Positions 30,277-32,000 of a stretch of DNA of 32,000 bases are shown here, in pieces (position 1 is the first letter of the stretch; the number at the start of each line of letters is the position of its first letter). The stretch is taken from positions 1 through 32,000 of the forward strand of contig JAPLKZ010000006.1 in NCBI GenBank assembly GCA_026387835.1, read 5' to 3'. A program made the translations under genes and the position numbers. This DNA comes from Candidatus Saganbacteria bacterium (GTDB lineage Bacteria > Margulisbacteria > WOR-1 > JAKLHX01). The notes under the pieces were generated by a model. That model was not told where the DNA came from and did not search any database. It saw only the letters and a program-made list of their open reading frames with translations.

Positions 30277-30584
30277 TTATTTATGCAGACTTTGGTGACC
30301 CTGATGGCGTAGCAATCATTGACAGCGACGACTTCTCCCTGGGCGACAACTTGCCCTCCCACTTTTATGTCAAGTGATTCCCCCGCGACCTTGTCCAGGC
30401 TGATGATAGAACCTTCCGCGAGATCAAGGATCTCTCTCAACGCGATCTTGGCTTTCCCGAGTTCGACAGTTGCTTCCACGGGGATCTCAGCAAGCATCTG
30501 CTGGTCCAGACGGGGTCCGCTTTGGCTTTCCGTGATCTGAGCGAATTTTATTTTGTCAACGCCGAAACTTTCGGTTTCTGCCAA
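30273..30584 (-). CDS. fliN: Flagellar motor switch protein FliN (SpoA domain)
   Basis: PVEATVELGKAKIALREILDLAEGSIISLDKVAGESLDIKVGGQVVAQGEVVAVNDCYAIRVT. Confidence 0.93.
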   Translation of the reverse strand: MAETESFGVDKIKFAQITESQSGPRLDQQMLAEIPVEATVELGKAKIALREILDLAEGSIISLDKVAGESLDIKVGGQVVAQGEVVAVNDCYAIRVTKVCINK

Positions 30585-30596
30585 TTTTATCCCTCC

Positions 30597-31700
30597 TTAA
30601 TAAGCTGTATTGCCGCCATCCGAAAAATCTTCATCAGCCGATGATTCTTGTTCCGCAATAAGACCGCCAAATGCCTCTGCATTTTCGTCCGCTGCCTGAC
30701 CGCTTTCCTGAACAGACATTTCTTCGGCCGGCGGTTTTTCCTGCTCAACTACGGACTCTCTGATCTTTTCAACCCTGCTTGTGCCGCTCCTCATTAATTG
30801 CAGCGAAATCTTATTATCCTTTATAGCAGGTTGGCCGAAAAGATTCAAGTGTCCTCCGATAGAAATATTTATCAGATTATAAATTGAATTATCCAGGACG
30901 ATGACGTCCCCGGCCTCCATATCGTACAGGTCCTTGGCCGATATATATGTCGAGCCAAGGTCGGAAACTAAATTGAAAGTGATCTTTTCCGTGTTCAAAT
31001 ACTTTATTTTTTCAATCCTGGGGGCGGGTCTTGAACGATCTGCTTTTCTTAACAGCTCTTTCACGAGCCTGGCCGGGACGGCCAAAAAGATCCTGCCGGT
31101 CTTATTCTGGTCAAAGCCGATATCGATGTCAAAGAAAACAAAAACAGCTGAATCGATGACAGACTGGTCAAAATAGGGCACGGGAGACCCGGACAAGATC
31201 AAGTCGGACAGAGCCGCGTCACCCAGTAACTTTGAAGCGTCGGCATTTATACAGGTGAAGAGAATGCTCTTTTCTATTTCCGTAAGCTCTTTTGCGGATC
31301 CCAGCGCTTCATAGCTGCCTATGCATTTATCGATCAGATAATTGCAGATATTTGATTCGATATACAGGAAAATGCTTCCAAAATCCGGATCGTTGAACTG
31401 GAACTGCGCGACCGGCCGCTGGATCCTTTTCAGGATCATAGGCGGGTTCAGCTGTTCGGCGGAAATAGCCCGTACAATAAGGTTCGCTTCCGATGCTTTA
31501 TTGAGAGAAGACGCAAAACTTTCGGAAAAATTCAGGAAAAGAAGCAGCGCGGAGTATCGCTCGCTGTCGGCAAGTTTTGCAGGGCCTCTGATAACGGGCG
31601 AGTCTTCTTTAGCCCTGTGATGGTCAGGTTTATAAACAGTCCAGTCGCCTATTGCCGGCTGCAGAAGCAAGGTGATCTTATTCTTTTTGCCGTTTGCCAT
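30597..31700 (-). CDS. fliM: Divergent FliM-like flagellar switch protein (middle domain plus C-terminal SpoA domain)
   Basis: SIFLYIESNICNYLIDKCIGSYEALGSAKELTEIEKSIL matches FliM middle-domain architecture. SpoA segment ISAKDLYDMEAGDVIVLDNSIYNLINISIGG. Start refined to ATG at 31700 (MANGKKNKI), next to the upstream ORF stop at 31706. Confidence 0.75.
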   Translation of the reverse strand: MANGKKNKITLLLQPAIGDWTVYKPDHHRAKEDSPVIRGPAKLADSERYSALLLFLNFSESFASSLNKASEANLIVRAISAEQLNPPMILKRIQRPVAQFQFNDPDFGSIFLYIESNICNYLIDKCIGSYEALGSAKELTEIEKSILFTCINADASKLLGDAALSDLILSGSPVPYFDQSVIDSAVFVFFDIDIGFDQNKTGRIFLAVPARLVKELLRKADRSRPAPRIEKIKYLNTEKITFNLVSDLGSTYISAKDLYDMEAGDVIVLDNSIYNLINISIGGHLNLFGQPAIKDNKISLQLMRSGTSRVEKIRESVVEQEKPPAEEMSVQESGQAADENAEAFGGLIAEQESSADEDFSDGGNTAY

Positions 31701-31705
31701 TATTA

Positions 31706-31975
31706 TCAGCTTGTTCTCTGTATGAACTGAGTTATAGTATCGTTTACCAGCCTGATAACCGTCAGGCATGCGCTCTCCGCCCTTTGCATCTCGAGAGAGT
31801 CAACGACCTCTGAAGTATAGATGACATTCGACTGCTCTTTACTCCTGGGGCTGATGATCCCTACGGATTCGTTGCCGGGGGCAGAAGGATTTGCGGGATC
31901 GCCGGATGAAAGCGTCTGCGAGAAATTTGTCCCGTCCCTGTATTCAAGTCCGGAAGGGTTGGGGAATGAAGTCAA
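31706..31975 (-). CDS. Hypothetical protein at window edge (89 aa or longer)
   Basis: Intact ORF directly upstream of the fliM-like gene. The 5' end may extend past the window. Confidence 0.45.
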   Translation of the reverse strand: MTSFPNPSGLEYRDGTNFSQTLSSGDPANPSAPGNESVGIISPRSKEQSNVIYTSEVVDSLEMQRAESACLTVIRLVNDTITQFIQRTS

Positions 31976-32000
31976 AGCTATCTGGTGATTAAGTTCATCT

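Overview
This 32 kb window comes from an uncultured-looking, apparently flagellated bacterium. I make no firm taxonomic call. Positions 1-9866 hold a tightly packed plus-strand housekeeping operon: hisS (partial), aspS, a lipoprotein gene, purA, queC, a DUF366-like gene, an amj-like flippase gene, ribF, rpsO and pnp. Positions 12064-23407 hold purL, a lytic transglycosylase gene, comEA, comEC, asd, a TrkA/RCK-type channel-like gene, cysE, cysS and serS. From 23672 to the end, on the minus strand, lies a flagellar export/switch cluster. In transcription order it is: small ORF, fliM-like, fliN, fliO, fliP, fliQ, fliR, flhB, flhA, two small unknown genes, and a sigma-28-like factor. The most unusual stretch is 9795-12064. 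Two unrecognised minus-strand genes (about 285 and 277 aa) interrupt the plus-strand program. Each lies beside a copy of the last 72 nt of pnp (66/72 identical, 1.1 kb apart). Each is preceded by the same architecture: a sigma-28-like promoter (TGAAA-TTTC-N11-RMCGATAR), an identically placed AT-rich block (AAGATTTATAAAA), and a distal ATTTTTGCACAA block. A third sequence with the same -10 and spacing precedes a 57-aa ORF beside the sigma-factor gene. Together these suggest a repeatedly used integration/recombination site at the pnp 3' end carrying orphan genes of a flagellar-type (sigma-28) regulon. Other notable items are two in-frame repeat-like insertions in purL, a cloverleaf-like 100-bp inverted repeat between cysS and serS, and a channel-like protein lacking the canonical TVGYG filter.
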